A stretch of 64,000 nt of DNA from Eledone cirrhosa (lineage: Eukaryota). Shown piece after piece: positions 1-16,829 of the stretch. The stretch covers positions 12,834,001 to 12,898,000 of the forward strand of contig OZ024758.1 in the NCBI GenBank assembly GCA_964016885.1, in the 5' to 3' direction. The notes below the pieces were generated by a model, which saw only the letters and a program-made list of their open reading frames with translations, had not been told where the DNA came from and did no database searches. Both the position numbers and the translations under genes were made by a program. Position 1 is the first letter of the stretch, and every line of letters begins with the position of its first letter.

Positions 1-179
1 ACTTTGCGTTTCATTCCATGAAAAGTAAAAACATGAATAAATGTATATATATTCCCAGAGATGTAAATGTGAAATTGTAAATGAGCCTTCTTCAGTTTCG
101 ACGAGGAGTGTACCAATTTTTCGATCAAAGGAAAAGTCTGCTGAGCCTTACAACCACCCTCACCCACACATACATACAC

Positions 180-215
<36 letters not shown>

Positions 216-248
216 CTCTCTCTCTCACTCAATAAACATGTACATATA

Positions 249-313
<65 letters not shown>

Positions 314-367
314 CGTTTCTGAATTTGTTTAGCAAGATTCTTTATCTGAAAACGTGTGTTGAAACCG

Positions 368-670
368 ATATTGTTATACATCGCGAGGGTCATGTTGCCA
401 ATAAGAAACACTCGCACCAATTGCTTTCACTTCAATGTATTACAATAAATTTATAAATTTAGGAATTCATAAATTTCCGGTTGGTTGGTCGGTTCCACAA
501 CCAGATGGTTGTTTATATATATTGTCAAAGTTCTTTCGTCACACATTCTGTGACCTCTTCAGTGACCGGAAATTTATAAATTCCTAAATTTATAAATTTA
601 TTATAATAAAGTGAAGTGAAAGCAACTGGTGCGTGTGTTTCTTATTGGCAACATGACCCTCCCAAAGTAT

Positions 671-678
<8 letters not shown>
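368..678. mobile_element. Inverted-repeat element in (TA)n with internal hammerhead (Penelope-like non-autonomous candidate)
   Basis: ~113-bp inverted arms 368-481 and 565-678 around an ~83-bp spacer containing a hammerhead; embedded in TA tracts. Confidence 0.7.
524..566 (-). ncRNA. Minimal type I hammerhead ribozyme
   Basis: Minus strand: GUCA-CUGAAGA-G-GUCACA(GAAUG)UGUGAC-GAAA-GAAC-UU-UGAC; 4-bp stem I, 6-bp stem II, tiny stem III. Confidence 0.75.
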
Positions 679-728
<50 letters not shown>

Positions 729-749
729 CCCTCTCTCACTCAATATACA

Positions 750-806
<57 letters not shown>

Positions 807-1305
807 TTTTGCGTGTGTCTGTGTGCATCCAGCCATCCTTTGTATGCTCATATTGCTATACAGAAAAGAAACATGGCTTCTCCCTATCAGAATTAACTCA
901 AGTCGATAGATTCATCCTTTCTAGTCTACTTAAATAAAACGGCGGTCTGGCTATTGTTATGTAGACATACACACGTCTAATGGCGTCGCATTCCTTCTTC
1001 TCTATGTTGGATCTTTTAATTAGAATCTCCCTACGGTTCTCTTTTATTACATTATTCCTAATGCCTTAAGTTCTGTAATTATAGATAGACATTGAATTAG
1101 CCGCGCCAAAATGGTAGCTTATTGAAAGAATGTCTGGCTTAGCTAAATACGTTACAACATAACGATATATCTATGTATGTATGTATGTATGTATGTATGT
1201 ATGTATGTATGTATGTATGTATGTATGTATGTATGTATGTATGTATTTATGTATGTATGTATGTATGTATGTATGTATGTATGTATGTATGTATGTATGT
1301 ATGTA

Positions 1306-1433
1306 TGTCTTTGTGCCAGAGTTTTCAAGTCGCTGGCTGGACTAAAAAGTCACATTCGTTCAGCGCATCGGTAGGGATTCTCCTACATGGATATAAAGTA
1401 GTGGCCGTACTCGAAAACGAGTTGGCAGCCACC
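1306..1433 (+). mobile_element. 3' end of an RTE-like LINE (C-terminal C2H2 finger plus short 3' UTR) in (ATGT)n
   Basis: CLCARVFKSLAGLKSHIRSAHR* resembles the terminal zinc finger of RTE-clade ORF2; short UTR followed by ATGT repeats. Confidence 0.55.
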
Positions 1434-1537
1434 ATGTATGTATGTATGTATATTGTTTCACCTGACGATTAACCGTCCATTCTTCTGTCTATCACTCTGT
1501 CTCACCCACTCTCTCTTTATATATATATATATTTATA

Positions 1538-1749
<212 letters not shown>

Positions 1750-1778
1750 AATGTATATGTAAATATTTATATACATGC

Positions 1779-1871
<93 letters not shown>

Positions 1872-1897
1872 AATGTATATGTAAATATTTATATACA

Positions 1898-1968
<71 letters not shown>

Positions 1969-2727
1969 ATGTATGTATATATGTATGAATATATACATGT
2001 ATGTGTGTATGTGAGTGTCTGCGTGTATGTGTATTTTTATTTCTGACCCCCACTCCCACTCCTACTCCACTCCACCTTATTTTTCTTTTGTTTTGTTTTT
2101 TTCATTTTTGTTTAACCCTTCCAAATATATTTTCTCTTTACTCACACCATTAACATCAATAAAAAGTAAACAGAAGCAGACCAACAACTCGATCAGTGAC
2201 ACAATTCGACCATGACCATATACAGAACAACAATACTCACAACAACAACATCAACAAAACACCAACACTTTCAGCAATAAATATTACTAAAGATATCAAC
2301 ACATTATTACCATCATAACCATCATCATCCACTCCAACAACAATTACAATACTAACTAAATCTCCCAAAATAACGATGAAGTTTGATTGAAGAATTTCAA
2401 TAGAGTTTAAACTATAAAGAAAGAATAAAGAACCACAAGAATAATATATATGAAGACAATAGAATAATATAACAACAATGATATAGCAAATAATACACAC
2501 ACGCAGACACAGAATCACACAAACGCACACGCATATATATACGATAGTTATTGACGCATATATATACGATAGTTATTGACGCACTGGGGATAGATTTATT
2601 GTCTTTAATGAGTTCATTACAAATTAAGAGGGGATATGTCCTTTGTTTGCGCTTTCCTTTTATTTCTAAGTAAACTTTATCAAGTAACCACACAGCCCCC
2701 TGTTTCGTATATATATATATATATGTA

Positions 2728-2858
<131 letters not shown>

Positions 2859-3013
2859 AGTGGGTTCCACAGGACAGAATACACTTCTATATTATCTATA
2901 TTAAATATTGACGTTCTCATTCTATTAATGTATTGAGTACTTTATTTACACTTGTTACTCCCTATGCAACTCGGTATTTACACACACGTATATATATATG
3001 AATACGTATATAA

Positions 3014-3055
<42 letters not shown>

Positions 3056-3214
3056 CTGTGGCCGTCATTGATCTGCAAATCCCACAACGTGGATCGAGAG
3101 ATGGTAAAGGGAGACAATCAGTTTCTACTTCCGAGATACTTCACAGCTAACTTGAGCGAAGGGTTAGTCGCAACCCTACCGAAGCTAATCTCATATTTAA
3201 TGGTATTTCACACG

Positions 3215-3895
3215 CAACACCCCTCAAAGACTCAAAGAATCACACTCACACACACACACACACTCACTCACACACACACAAACACTCGCAAACATACACA
3301 CACAAACATAAAGATCCCTCAAAGACTCTCTCTCTCACACATGCACCCACTCACACACACACAAACACCCACAAACATACACACACAAATATAAACATCC
3401 CTCAAAGACTCTCTCTCACACATACACCCACTCACACACACACACACAAACACTCACAAACATACACACACAAACATAAACATCCCTCAAAGACCCTCTC
3501 TCACACATGCACCCACTCACACACACACAAACACCCACAAACATACACACACACACAAACATAAAGATCCCTCAAAGACTCTCTCTCTCTCACACACACA
3601 CTCACTCACACACAAACACCCACAAACATACACACACAAACATAAAGATCCCTCAAAAACTCTCTCTCTCACACACACACTCACTCACACACAAACACCC
3701 ACACACAAACACTCACAAATATAAACATCCCTCAAAGACTCTCTCTCACACATGCACCCACTCACACACACACACACACACACACTCACAAACATACACA
3801 CACAAACATAAACATCCCTCAAAGACTCTCTCTCTCTCTCACACATGCACCCACTCACACACACACAAACACTCACAAACATACACACACGAACA
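3215..3895. repeat. CA-rich compound minisatellite
   Basis: Recurring AAA(C/G)ATCCCTCAAAGACTCTCTC anchor every ~75-100 bp. Confidence 0.85.
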
Positions 3896-4239
3896 TAACC
3901 ATACACACCCAAATATAAACATACATACACTATATGTACACAATATATTTCGTTGAATAAGGCCTTCTCACACCATTTCTTTTTCTTGATTCGTCCTGTA
4001 AATCATTTTCACACCAGCTACTAAACTGTTTATTGAGCGCATAAAGAAAAAACAACATTCAACTATGGATATTGAGAGAAGTAAGCGATAGATATTGAAA
4101 ATTCCTTCAATGATATGTATCAGAAAATTTACGAACCGCTGAACTGAAATTGCCTGGAGTGCGATTAATTGCAAACGTATATATATATATATGTATATAT
4201 ATATATGTATATATATGTATGTATATATATGTGTGTATG

Positions 4240-4274
<35 letters not shown>

Positions 4275-4297
4275 GTATGTATATATATATATGTATG

Positions 4298-4328
<31 letters not shown>

Positions 4329-4434
4329 ATATATGTATATATATGTATATATATATATATATATGTATGTATATATATGTATATATATGTATGTATATAT
4401 ATGTATATATATATATATGTATGTATATATATGT

Positions 4435-4474
<40 letters not shown>

Positions 4475-4475
4475 G

Positions 4476-4534
<59 letters not shown>

Positions 4535-4661
4535 TTATATATTTATATATATATATATATATATTTATGTATGTATACAATATATAAATACAAATATCTA
4601 CCCACCCTCTCTTTCTCTATATATATGCATATATGTATATGTATATATATATATATATGTG

Positions 4662-4701
<40 letters not shown>

Positions 4702-4723
4702 CAAATATATTTTTATACACACA

Positions 4724-4760
<37 letters not shown>

Positions 4761-5226
4761 TTTTATGTGTATTTAAAAAGAGAAGAGAAAAGAGAGAAAG
4801 TGAGAGAGAGAGTGAGAGAAATGTTTAGAGTGTAGCAAATAATACCAGCACAGCTTCGATTTTTCTCATACTTATTGAATAATAAAAGTGGGTCACGTGA
4901 CAGTGATATAATATAAACTATGTTGCTTTTCTAGACGTAATTAATTTATAAAGCCTTTTAAAAGCAATTCCTTTTAATTGACAGCTATTTTGTTAATGGC
5001 AACTGTGTATATGTGTGTGTTAGTGTATATATATGTATATATATATATATATATATATACATTCATATATATATACTCACAAAACATACATATAAATATG
5101 TATGTATATGTGTATGTATATATATATGTTTGTGTGTGTGTGTGTATGTATATATATATAAACATATAAATACATATATATATACACTTGATGTTCATGT
5201 TCATAGAACATATATATATCTATATA

Positions 5227-5333
<107 letters not shown>

Positions 5334-5431
5334 GCATATATATATACGTGTATCTAAAACACACACATGCATATATATATATGCATGTGTGTGTATTTAC
5401 ATATAAATATATACGCTATATTTATCTGTAT

Positions 5432-5478
<47 letters not shown>

Positions 5479-5856
5479 GCATGTATGTATATGCCAAAGT
5501 GTGTGTGTTTGTTTGTGCGTGTATATATTTGCGTGTGTGTGTGCCCCGTTCTTAATATTTTGTGGCTCAATAGTGGACTGGGAGGAGGTAAGATTTTCAA
5601 AAAACCTACACCAAGTAGTTCCTCATAGCAAGATTATTAAAGCGAAACACAAAAACGTCGGAAGCGATCACAGGATAGGAGAAGCGCCATTCCATTATTG
5701 AATTTTCAATGATTTGTACCAAATATTAACTTAATAACGTAATCTTGCCCCATGAGACATCAGGGCCATTATTGAGTGAGGAGACCCCGCTATTTGTTTC
5801 ATAAGTTGCGTTTGGATTTTTATAAACATATGCATTTATGTTTGTAAAGTAATGTA

Positions 5857-5933
<77 letters not shown>

Positions 5934-5934
5934 C

Positions 5935-5974
<40 letters not shown>

Positions 5975-6059
5975 AAAACGCCTATACACATACACAAATA
6001 TATGTATATGTGTACGTATTTATACATATTATACATATACGTGTGTGTATTAATTGTGG

Positions 6060-6108
<49 letters not shown>

Positions 6109-6281
6109 TATAGATAGATACGTATGCATTTGTATATATATATATATATATAAATATATATATATATGTATGGATATATATATTTATATATATATAGATA
6201 GATATGCATTTATATATGCATACATGTATATATAATATATATATATATTTATATTTATATTTATATTTATATATTTATATT

Positions 6282-6312
<31 letters not shown>

Positions 6313-6388
6313 TTGTGTGTATGTGTGTTTATGTGTATAATGTATATATATATGAATAAATAAATAACCAAATACATACACACACACG

Positions 6389-6452
<64 letters not shown>

Positions 6453-7271
6453 GTGAGTAATATCAAATATAAAAACAAAAAGAGAAGACCAAACAAAGAA
6501 TTTCAAACAAGTTTCGGGAGGACATGTGAATGAGTTAAGACGAGTTCTGTGAGCAACAGATGTAAAGATGTAAAGAGAGAGACCCATTGCTCCATTACAT
6601 TGGTTGATCTGGTACACACTGATACAGATGATACAGATGATACAGATGTAGGATTTCTAATAAAACTATTTCATATTTACAAATATTAAACTGAGACGAA
6701 TGGACATGTATGTGAGTGTATATATAAATATATGTGTGATATATATATATATCTGTGTGTCTATGTGTATATGTATATATGGATGTATGTATGGTTGGAT
6801 GGATGTATGGTTGGTTGGATGGATGCATGGATGTATATATGTATATATATATATATATATATCTATGCATATATGTATATATATATATGTGTTTATGAGT
6901 ATTTGTGTGTATGTGTTTGTGTACCTGTATCTGTGTCCATCTGTGTGTGTGTATATGTGCGTGTGTATGTTTAACTGAAATAATTAGTGTTAGTGTTGTT
7001 GATGATGTTGCTGTTGTAGGTTTAAACCACTTTCTTTACCCCCCCCCCACCACTGTTATTCTTATCTCTCGCTTGTCAAGTGCGAAAAGAAACTGGTGAA
7101 GTTACATATGTGAAACGGAGTAAAAAACATCAACATCTATACGTGTGTGTATGCGTGAGTGTGTCTGTGTGTGTGCGTGGGGGTTTGTGTGCTTATATGT
7201 ATGTATTTATCCATATATATACCTATATTAACGCATATATAGACACATATACATGTATGCCTACATGCATA

Positions 7272-7320
<49 letters not shown>

Positions 7321-7324
7321 CTAT

Positions 7325-7357
<33 letters not shown>

Positions 7358-7392
7358 GTATATACACAAACCTATTATATATATATATATAC

Positions 7393-7468
<76 letters not shown>

Positions 7469-7480
7469 AGTGTATATACA

Positions 7481-7518
<38 letters not shown>

Positions 7519-7546
7519 CACAAACCTATTATATATATATATATAC

Positions 7547-7621
<75 letters not shown>

Positions 7622-7631
7622 TGTATATACA

Positions 7632-7704
<73 letters not shown>

Positions 7705-7730
7705 ATATATATATAAGTGTATATACAAGC

Positions 7731-7766
<36 letters not shown>

Positions 7767-7853
7767 TCTCATAACAGAAATATATATGTACATATGAAAA
7801 GATTCAGGACCCCGACTACTGAGCTCCGGCCGTATATATATATATATATCCAT

Positions 7854-7894
<41 letters not shown>

Positions 7895-8213
7895 TATATA
7901 TATCTGTATGTGTGTGTGTGAGAGAGTGTTGTGTAATATGAAAGAGCAGATAGAACTTATTTCTGTGGAGTGACACATACATGTACGTGCGCATGCCTTG
8001 CCCTGTTTTTCTCACGTTGACTTCGCCAACATGGCGTCTACGGCTGACCCAGAACATATGAGAGAAACTGGGTAAACGGAAGCTGAGTAGAAACCGCTTA
8101 TGATAAGGAAAATGATTCATTTTAACTAAATATAGTCTTAACGATTTAAATGAAATGTCTAAATGTACATTAGTTCAATATATGACAATGGTTTTTTGAG
8201 GACTATTAACTTC

Positions 8214-8261
<48 letters not shown>

Positions 8262-8453
8262 GTATATATATATGTATATGTGTATATATATATATATATA
8301 TACGTATATATATATATATATATATATTAAAATAAAGTTTTAGCAAAGAATCGGTGGTTTACCCCTTAACGGGATACGGTTTTTATATATATTTATATAT
8401 ATATAAACCTTATCGAGCCCTCTTCGGACTTTAGTCTTCACATTGATTATTAT

Positions 8454-8514
<61 letters not shown>

Positions 8515-10341
8515 TACGAAAAGTATCGATGGGTCGGTTCCCAGTTGTTTTCAGGTGTCTTCTTTTCAGATGTGAATATTCAAATATAATTTTGTTTTAT
8601 ATACAGATCAAGGAACAAGACATATAATAACGATTTGATAGGAAACCGATCGAAACATAGCATTCATGTAAATGTTAGAAGTATTACCGTCAATAAAGAA
8701 GTGATTAATAATCCGAAAATAAATCTTATTAAAACGATTTAACTATCTTTCATTATTTACCAGAAAAATTCCACAGAGATATTTTTTAGAGAATATGGTT
8801 GATATGCTTGTCCCAGTAGACCACAGAAGTATTCACTACCCGGACAGAGAGTCTGAATAATCTGCATATTTTTGGATAGAATCGTGGCATGCTTCGAGGG
8901 TGAAATTTTAAAGATAGCTATGAAAATCTGAGATAAAGTTGGTGGCCGAAATATAGACCTAAGATTATACAGCAGTCTATACGTCTAAATATAGAACTTT
9001 GCATACATGCATATAGCCACACACATGCATACATACTGCATACACACACATATGCACCTACACACACGTGCTCATACACACACATATATATATATATATA
9101 TATACGCAGTTAAATACCCAAACACATACACATTCACCCAAATACACACACACACATATTCACTCACACATACACACACACACATATATATATATATACA
9201 CACACATATATATATATATACACACACATGCACACATACACACACATATACACATACTTACACACTCAAATACACAAACACATGCACACATTCACGTACC
9301 CAAAGATACCCACACACATACTCACTCACACATACGCACATAGACACACATATACACATACTTACACACTCAAATCCCCAAACACATGCACACATTCACG
9401 TAGCCAAAGATACACACACACATACTCACTCACACATACACACATACACACACACATGCACACATACACACACATATACACATACTTACACACTCAAATC
9501 CCCAAACACATGCACACATTCATGTACCCAGAGATACACACACACATACTCACTCACACATACACACATACACACATACACACACACATGCACACATACA
9601 CACACATATACACAGAACTACAGACTCAAATACCCAAACACATGCACACATTCACGTACACAAATATTCACACACATATACTCATTCACATATACACACA
9701 TACACACATACACATACACACACATATATACACACACTAACATATGGTATAACTAATGCCAACAAGAAAAAAAGCGATCCTCGTATTAAGAATGTCGAAT
9801 CATTTAATGAAGTAAAAAAAGAAAAGAAAAACACATCTTTTAGAAATAGATTCTATATATAGAATAAATAAGAAAGAAAAACAGAACTTTTTACACTAGA
9901 ACTATAAATAAGAAATTAGGACCAACATGGCGGCCAGGATATTTAAATCTGTATCACTGCTACAAGATTAAGTGATGTAAGGTTTCTAGAATGACATAAG
10001 GGTGGAGAATAGCTGTAATAGCGAAAGTAATAGCCAAAAACTGTTTCGTTATCGGTTGAAGATTTCACAGAGAAAAATACTTTGTTTTCAAGAAGGTAAA
10101 CTGTTGTATTAGCTGATACATAAAATGGCGTAAACAAAAATTGTACAGATTAGAAGATAGAGGAAGTAAGCAGTTGAGTTAGAAATAGCAACAATTATTA
10201 GCTTTCTCTCTTCACTCATTTTACTATCATTCGGCTTCTCATTCTTTCTTTCTCTCTCAACCGCTATACTTCTCTATTTCTGTATAAATATATACATACA
10301 CATTTACATACACGTGTACACAAACATATACACCATACTCA

Positions 10342-10384
<43 letters not shown>

Positions 10385-10390
10385 ATCATA

Positions 10391-10444
<54 letters not shown>

Positions 10445-10446
10445 AG

Positions 10447-10680
10447 GAAAACGAAGAATCAGTGATACATCGAAACACAAATTTATTACGTATTACAAGT
10501 GTTTCTCCGGCGAACAGCTCGAGGTGCGATCTGTTTGTGGATCGGGAACTTCGCGAATCCAGAGGTCTAGGTTCGATTCACAAACAGATCCGCACCTCGT
10601 GCTGTGTCGCGGAAGAACACTTGTCTAATACGTACATAACTTCTCGTGCTTGCGATGTACTCACTGATTCTTCGTTTTTC
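10447..10680. mobile_element. Foldback/MITE-like imperfect palindrome
   Basis: AAAACGAAGAATCAGTGA...GATCTGTTTGTGGATCG pairs with CGATTCACAAACAGATC...TCACTGATTCTTCGTTTT; TA-flanked. Confidence 0.7.
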
Positions 10681-10750
10681 ACTTCATCTTTACTATCCAA
10701 TATATATAATATATATTATATATTATATATATATATTTATATTTATATAT

Positions 10751-10928
10751 GATTGGCAGTATCGGTAGAGAGTCGGCGCCATGCTTTGGCGCATAGAGTT
10801 ATGGGCCTTGCCATTCTGGAGTTCAAATCTCGCCGAGATTAACTTTGCCTTTCATCCTTACGGAGTCGATAAAATAAAGTACCAGTATGTACTGGTGGAT
10901 TGCTGGCTTTGTGCCAAAAGTAGAAACA
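10751..10928 (+). mobile_element. tRNA-derived SINE family 1 (Deu/Nin-like core)
   Basis: A-box TGGCAGTATCGG, B-box GAGTTCAAATC, core GCCTTTCATCCTTACGGAGTCGATAAAATAAAGTACCAG, tail GTGCCAAAAGTAGAAACA. Confidence 0.85.
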
Positions 10929-10966
10929 TATATTTATATAAATAAAATATTATATATACATATATT

Positions 10967-11005
<39 letters not shown>

Positions 11006-11520
11006 CACACACACACACACACATGTAAGTGTGTGTGTGTGAGTGTATCTATGTATGTAAGTCAACTTTGACACAACAAAACTTTCATAAATATGCTACA
11101 ACGGCGTGAGAACTGCGAACTGCGATCTGCGAGAAGTTTTCGTTTTAAAAATCAATCGGTTTGCTAGGAAGGTCATAATAGAGAAGCTTTAGATAGAAAA
11201 TGGTAGAAATCGTCAGAACAAACATGAAAGAGATAAGGAAATAAGATGTATAAGAGTTTATAAATAATAGTGATTCAATAATGTCTGCTATTGTGAGACT
11301 TCTTTGAAAATATTAAAGAGATAAGGTTAAACTGATTATGGAGACCTCTTCGTGTTAAATCCTGGATCCTATATTTTGGTTATGTAGTATCTCCTATTAT
11401 TTATATGAGAGTGTATATATATATCTATATATATATATATATATGATATGTATAATAAAAAATATATATGTATGTATGTTAAAATTGGGCGATATATATA
11501 TATATATATATGTGTGTATG

Positions 11521-11551
<31 letters not shown>

Positions 11552-11605
11552 ATATATATATATGTGTGTATGTATATATATATATACATATATACATATA
11601 TATAC

Positions 11606-11891
<286 letters not shown>

Positions 11892-12106
11892 TACATACAC
11901 ACACATATATATATAATAAAACTATATACATATATATATATATATACATACATTATATATACATATATATATATAATATATATATAATATACATATATAT
12001 ATATATATATATTATATACATACTCCCTTATGCTAAAATCAAATATTATTGCTGCTTATGTCATTATAGTTGTTATTGTTTTTGTTATCTTCTTCAACAT
12101 GTCCAT

Positions 12107-12582
12107 AATAATTGTTTCTACTTTTTGCACAAGGCCAGCAATTACCCCAGTGTATTACTGGTACTTATATAATAAGTGTTTCTACTTTTGGCACAAGGCC
12201 AGCAATTATCGCAGTGTATTACTGGTACTTATATAATAATTGTTTCTACTTTTGGCACAAGGCCAGCAATTACCCCAGTGTATTACTGGTACTTATATAA
12301 TAATTGTTTCTACTTTTGGCACAAGGCCAGCAATTACCCCAGTGTATTACTGGTACTTATATAATAATTGTTTCTACTTTTGGCCACAAGGCCAGCAATT
12401 ACCCCAGTGTATTACTGGTACTTATATAATAATTGTTTCTACTTTTGGCACAAGGCCAGCAATTACCCAGTACATTACTGGTACTTTATTTTATCGACTC
12501 CGTAAGGGATGAAAGGCAAAGTTAACCTCGGGCGGATTTGAACTCAGAATGGCAAGGCCGTAACTCTATGCTTCAAAGCATG
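12107..12582 (-). mobile_element. SINE family 1 with its 64-bp 3' tail tandemly amplified ~6x
   Basis: SINE body ~12428-12582 preceded by repeats of ATAATTGTTTCTACTTTTGGCACAAGGCCAGCAATTACCCCAGTGTATTACTGGTACTTATATA. Confidence 0.85.
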
Positions 12583-12802
12583 TCCATAATAATAAAACAA
12601 CTCTCCTTATTCTCGTCTTTAAGATAACTATCGTTAACAACTTATCTATCGTCATCATCATCACCAGCAGTATCATCACGAGTGTTGTTATTTCTTTATA
12701 TTATAGTTGTTGTTGTTGTTGTTGTTGTTGTCATCTGTATCATCATTATTACCATCATCATCGTCATCGTTTGTTACTATTAGTGTGTGTATATATATAT
12801 AT

Positions 12803-12836
<34 letters not shown>

Positions 12837-12902
12837 ACATATATATATATATGCATATGCATATATATATATATATTTAAAGGTATATATACTCATATAT
12901 TT

Positions 12903-12958
<56 letters not shown>

Positions 12959-12975
12959 ATTATACATACATATAT

Positions 12976-13006
<31 letters not shown>

Positions 13007-13199
13007 CATATATATAGATACATATATACATATATATGTGTATATATATATACACACATATATATATATACATATACATATATATATACATATATATACA
13101 TATATATACATACATATATACATATACATACATATTTATATATATATATATATGTATATTATATATAAATATATATATACATATATAATATATAATATA

Positions 13200-13236
<37 letters not shown>

Positions 13237-13281
13237 TATACATACATACATATAAACATACACACACACACACACACACGC

Positions 13282-13326
<45 letters not shown>

Positions 13327-13724
13327 CATACATAATAATACACATTGGGTTATTGTTTCGTTTCTATCTCCAAAGTATAGAGTGTAGAGGTGAAAACTGT
13401 AACGTAGTGATAAGGTGAAATGTCGGCTGTTTGTATAATGAGGTAATGGCTAGTTTGAATCTCCAAGTCAGTTCAATATACACTTTACTAAATAGCTTCC
13501 TGTATTAGCTTTACTTTTATAACCTATCACAGACGGTCAAGAAACAGCTTATCTCTTTATTTTCTTCTCGTTCTCGTCTTCCTGTTAAACTTAATACGGC
13601 TGAGAAAATTGTGTTAATACAGTTGAATGACCAGAGAACTTGTGGCTACTACCAGACTACTAGCAATCGAAATAACACAGAGACGCACACATATATACAC
13701 ATAAATAAACAGAGACACACACTG

Positions 13725-13838
<114 letters not shown>

Positions 13839-14041
13839 CAGATGTTGATACGTATAGACATACGCCCATACGTACACATTATATATATAATATATATATA
13901 TGTGTGTGTGTGTGTGGCATCGAAACGGTGTAGGCTTGATCGTCGGGCATCTTATCCCATATCTGTATATTACATATATACACACATATATGTATGTCTA
14001 TACATACATGTGTGCTTGTAACACACACATATACATGTATA

Positions 14042-14086
<45 letters not shown>

Positions 14087-14087
<1 letters not shown>

Positions 14088-14172
14088 CGAAGGAAATGTG
14101 GTAAGGAACCAGGTGGACCATAACGCACCAGAATTAGCCGTCGAAACGGCTTGAGCTCAGCCGTCGGGGTCT

Positions 14173-14175
<3 letters not shown>
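14087..14175. mobile_element. Family B copy, internally inverted
   Basis: 5' part as at 11711 joined to the reverse complement of the 3' part. Confidence 0.75.
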
Positions 14176-14210
<35 letters not shown>

Positions 14211-14926
14211 ATATATATACAAAGGTCTGTGTGTATGTGTGTGTCCACCACCACGTAAGCTGGATAAAGACGTAAGTTTTTAAAATCGCTGAACTACTCG
14301 ACAAACCTTACGTTGCTAATACAACCCCGAGGCCCTTGCCTGTATGGTTATATTGAAGCAATTGATGGTCATCTTGAAAGTCTGTTGACAGTGACCACAG
14401 TTTCGGACGATGATTATATACAATAAATTTTAAAAGCCGTGTCCGAGTAACGATGTTCAAGTGGACAGGAACAAAATGGTCGTCTTCCGACATAAGTATA
14501 GAGCGGAGCTTCAATCTGTTGGGGCAGATAATCAGAAGTTGTTCTTATAAAGGTAGAACACTTTGCAAAGATGCAAAATGTGTCTAGGTGTTACTACCAG
14601 TACTATGATGTTGAATATATATGTGTAAATTTGATGAATGGCATAAAATTTACGTATAGTGAACTTCGCCACTATTAGAATTCACCATTAGCACGAGGCG
14701 CCTTACAGACAGAAACACACATATATTAAACCAATATATGTATTCAGAAACACATACAGCTCACTTCTCCCCCACCACACACATTACACATACATTCACA
14801 TTCACCACGATGCAGATAAGTACAAAAGCCAACTCAGATATTTCGCTCAAAACAAATGCAGAATCAGATATACATATATACATACATACACATACACACA
14901 CACACACACACATATATTAATATATA

Positions 14927-14983
<57 letters not shown>

Positions 14984-15082
14984 TATATACACACATATCT
15001 CTCATGAACAAAATCATTAGCAACCATATATAATAGAAAGAGTGACACATGTATATACACATATATATATACAGACAAATAC

Positions 15083-15113
<31 letters not shown>

Positions 15114-15181
15114 CATATACACACATATATATATATATATATATATACATACATATACGCATACATATATATATACATACG

Positions 15182-15217
<36 letters not shown>

Positions 15218-15233
15218 AATATATATATATATA

Positions 15234-15267
<34 letters not shown>

Positions 15268-15284
15268 CAGACATACAGACACAG

Positions 15285-15316
<32 letters not shown>

Positions 15317-15516
15317 TCAGACACACACATATAGATATATATATATATACATATGTATAATCTTTGGTCATTTATCAAAAGAAGCAGGCCAAATCCTAAC
15401 CAACCACATTAGCCAAGGTAATCTAACTTCGTTGCTCTCTGCTTGTTTTTGTCTATTAATGATATCGACATTTGTAAATGTGTTGAATAAGCAACCTTAT
15501 GTAACCTCACCACATC

Positions 15517-15556
<40 letters not shown>

Positions 15557-15645
15557 TAATATAATCTACCCGTTTCATACCTATTCAAATTTTTGCCAGT
15601 AAAAATTAGTTTATAGACAGTTCGATCTCAGTATGGTATTACAAT

Positions 15646-15676
<31 letters not shown>

Positions 15677-15882
15677 TATATATATAATATATCAAACAAA
15701 CTTATTATATGTATGCAAACACGCACCCACTCACAGCCTCACATCCATATATATAATATATATAATATTTATATATATATACATTTATGTATATATATAT
15801 ATATTGGAAGTCGCCAGATATCAGACATAATATATTGATTTTGGAAATCTATATTTTACTCACACACTCCCTCTCTCTCTCA

Positions 15883-15951
<69 letters not shown>

Positions 15952-16065
15952 TATATGTCTGTCTATCTATCTATCTATCTATCTATCTCAACATCTATAT
16001 GTCTATCTCTCTCTCTCTCTCACCATCTATATGTCTATCTATCAATCTAGCTATCTATCTATATG

Positions 16066-16128
<63 letters not shown>

Positions 16129-16788
16129 CACACAGACGAATATATATATGTGTGTTTGTGTATTTACAAACATGCCTATATAAATACACGAAATATTGGT
16201 AAACACATGTTTTGTAACTCAAACTAGTGACTCATTGGCGTAATCACCACCATCATCATCATCATCATCATCATCACAATCACCACTACTACCACCACCA
16301 ACACCAACATCACCACCAATAGTACCAGCTCCACAATCAACTCCAACATCACCAACAATACCACAACCACCACCACTACCACCACCGTCCACACGAATAG
16401 TACCACCATTATCACCAATACTACCATCAACACCAATAACAACACCACCACCAACACCACCACCAACACCACCACCAACACCACCACCAACACCACTACT
16501 ATTCATATTATGAACACGCCCATTTTAATATAAAGGAGAGCACATATACATACACGGTACACACGTACCTTCAGAAATACAACTTTGGGCTCACCCACAC
16601 ACCCTCTCACACATTAACATACACACACAGATACACACAAACACACACTCAGATATATACAAACATGCTCTCATAAACACATACATACATTAGCATACAC
16701 AGACACACTCACACACACACACACACGGTCACTGAACCAAACTTACTCTCACAAATATATACTCACACACCTACACAAAACATTAACA

Positions 16789-16829
<41 letters not shown>

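Noticed and set aside
12107-12485. CRISPR-like regular array
   Set aside because: Units are contiguous and near-identical with no unique spacers; they are SINE tails in eukaryotic DNA
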